Shown here: positions 35,748 through 36,342 of the stretch, piece after piece
Layout: every line of letters starts with the position of its first letter
Numbering within the stretch: position 1 is the first letter of the stretch
Origin: Candidatus Wolframiiraptor gerlachensis
GTDB lineage: Archaea; Thermoproteota; Nitrososphaeria_A; Caldarchaeales; Wolframiiraptoraceae
DNA: 36,342 nt
Assembly (NCBI GenBank): GCA_021323375.2
Contig: JAJPCT020000007.1
Coordinates: 1-36,342, forward strand
Direction of reading: 5' to 3'
Program-made: the position numbers and the translations under genes
The notes under the pieces: generated by a model
Databases searched by the model: none
Seen by the model: the letters and a program-made list of their open reading frames with translations, nothing else
Told to the model about the DNA's origin: nothing

Positions 35748-36342
35748 TCACCCCTCATCTTTGATGAATACAACATGCATCGCGAGGGCCTTGTGGCAGT
35801 TTTGGCAAACCTCTAAGCCGCCTGGCCTTCCCCTGGTCTGGATTATTTTTCCCTCCTTCTCTGCGGTTAGGAAGCAGTCCTCACATAGTAACGCTATCCT
35901 AATCCTCACCGATCCAAGTCTCTGCCTTTCCCCTTCCTTTCCCTCCGATCTGGTCTCCTCTTTCAGAGCCTCCTCTTCCTTGAGAATCGCGTTTAGCATA
36001 TGCCTAACCCTGTCGACTAGGAAGACGACCTCTTCACCGCTGATGTTTCTCTCCACACGTATCCTTGAACTGTCGGCGGTTACTGCCTCGGCCCCGTAAA
36101 GCGCTTTTAAATCGTCAACTAGTTTGTTGTAGCGATCCTCTCCCAACAGCCTTAATGTCTTTTCATCAAGCTCTATCGTGAATTCGAGGGGTTCCAAAAG
36201 TAGCCTACCGAAGTGATGCTCCCCGTTCCTGAGGGGGATCGCGACTGTGGGTGCCTCTACCCCTATGTTGCTCTTATTCCTTTTCTCAGAAAAGGCTTCT
36301 TCTCGCTCTTTTTCGAAAATTACGCCCTCTTCTTGAGTAGTT
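35748..36342 (-). CDS. Hypothetical protein with C-terminal Zn finger (5' end outside window)
   Basis: Frame stays open from 36341 (TTQEEGVIFEKER...IPLRNGEHHFGRLLLEPLEF...) to CEDC...CQNC. Confidence 0.7.
   Translation of the reverse strand, partial: TTQEEGVIFEKEREEAFSEKRNKSNIGVEAPTVAIPLRNGEHHFGRLLLEPLEFTIELDEKTLRLLGEDRYNKLVDDLKALYGAEAVTADSSRIRVERNISGEEVVFLVDRVRHMLNAILKEEEALKEETRSEGKEGERQRLGSVRIRIALLCEDCFLTAEKEGKIIQTRGRPGGLEVCQNCHKALAMHVVFIKDEG

Larger units (their letters stand above)
32303..36342. mobile_element. One end of an integrated element (provirus or integrative plasmid) continuing beyond the window
   Basis: Integrase, AbrB regulator and tightly overlapping short minus-strand ORFs with Zn-finger motifs; no housekeeping genes. 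Confidence 0.8.

Overview
Archaeal chromosome segment. The gene set (PCNA, Alba, archaeal PEPC, BHB-intron tRNAs, GGTGA-type SD motifs) suggests a thermophilic TACK-type archaeon; the exact lineage cannot be fixed from this window. Most of it is housekeeping: lipid synthesis, HypA plus an Mrp-type HypB, PCNA, methanogen-type SerRS, a bacterial-type GAPDH with PGK, PEPC and PEPCK, NnrE/NnrD, a KaiC-like ATPase plus AEP pair, FlaK-like peptidase and presenilin-like protease. There are three tRNAs: Asp-GTC, Cys-GCA with a 37/38 intron, and Pro-CGG with a T-loop intron. One end of an integrated element (tyrosine integrase, AbrB regulator, Zn-finger genes) fills 32303-36342. The strongest candidate for an undescribed system is a three-part module present twice in diverged form: a small helical ORF, then a compact RuvC(DEDD)-Nop/IS110-like protein lacking the catalytic Ser loop, then a ~140-nt structured 3' ncRNA overlapping the stop codon. 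It is intact at 27951-29202 (+) and internally deleted at 3319-3741 (-). The two RNAs keep a covarying outer scaffold around a variable core, as expected of a guide RNA. All alignments and folds were done by eye and need computational confirmation.
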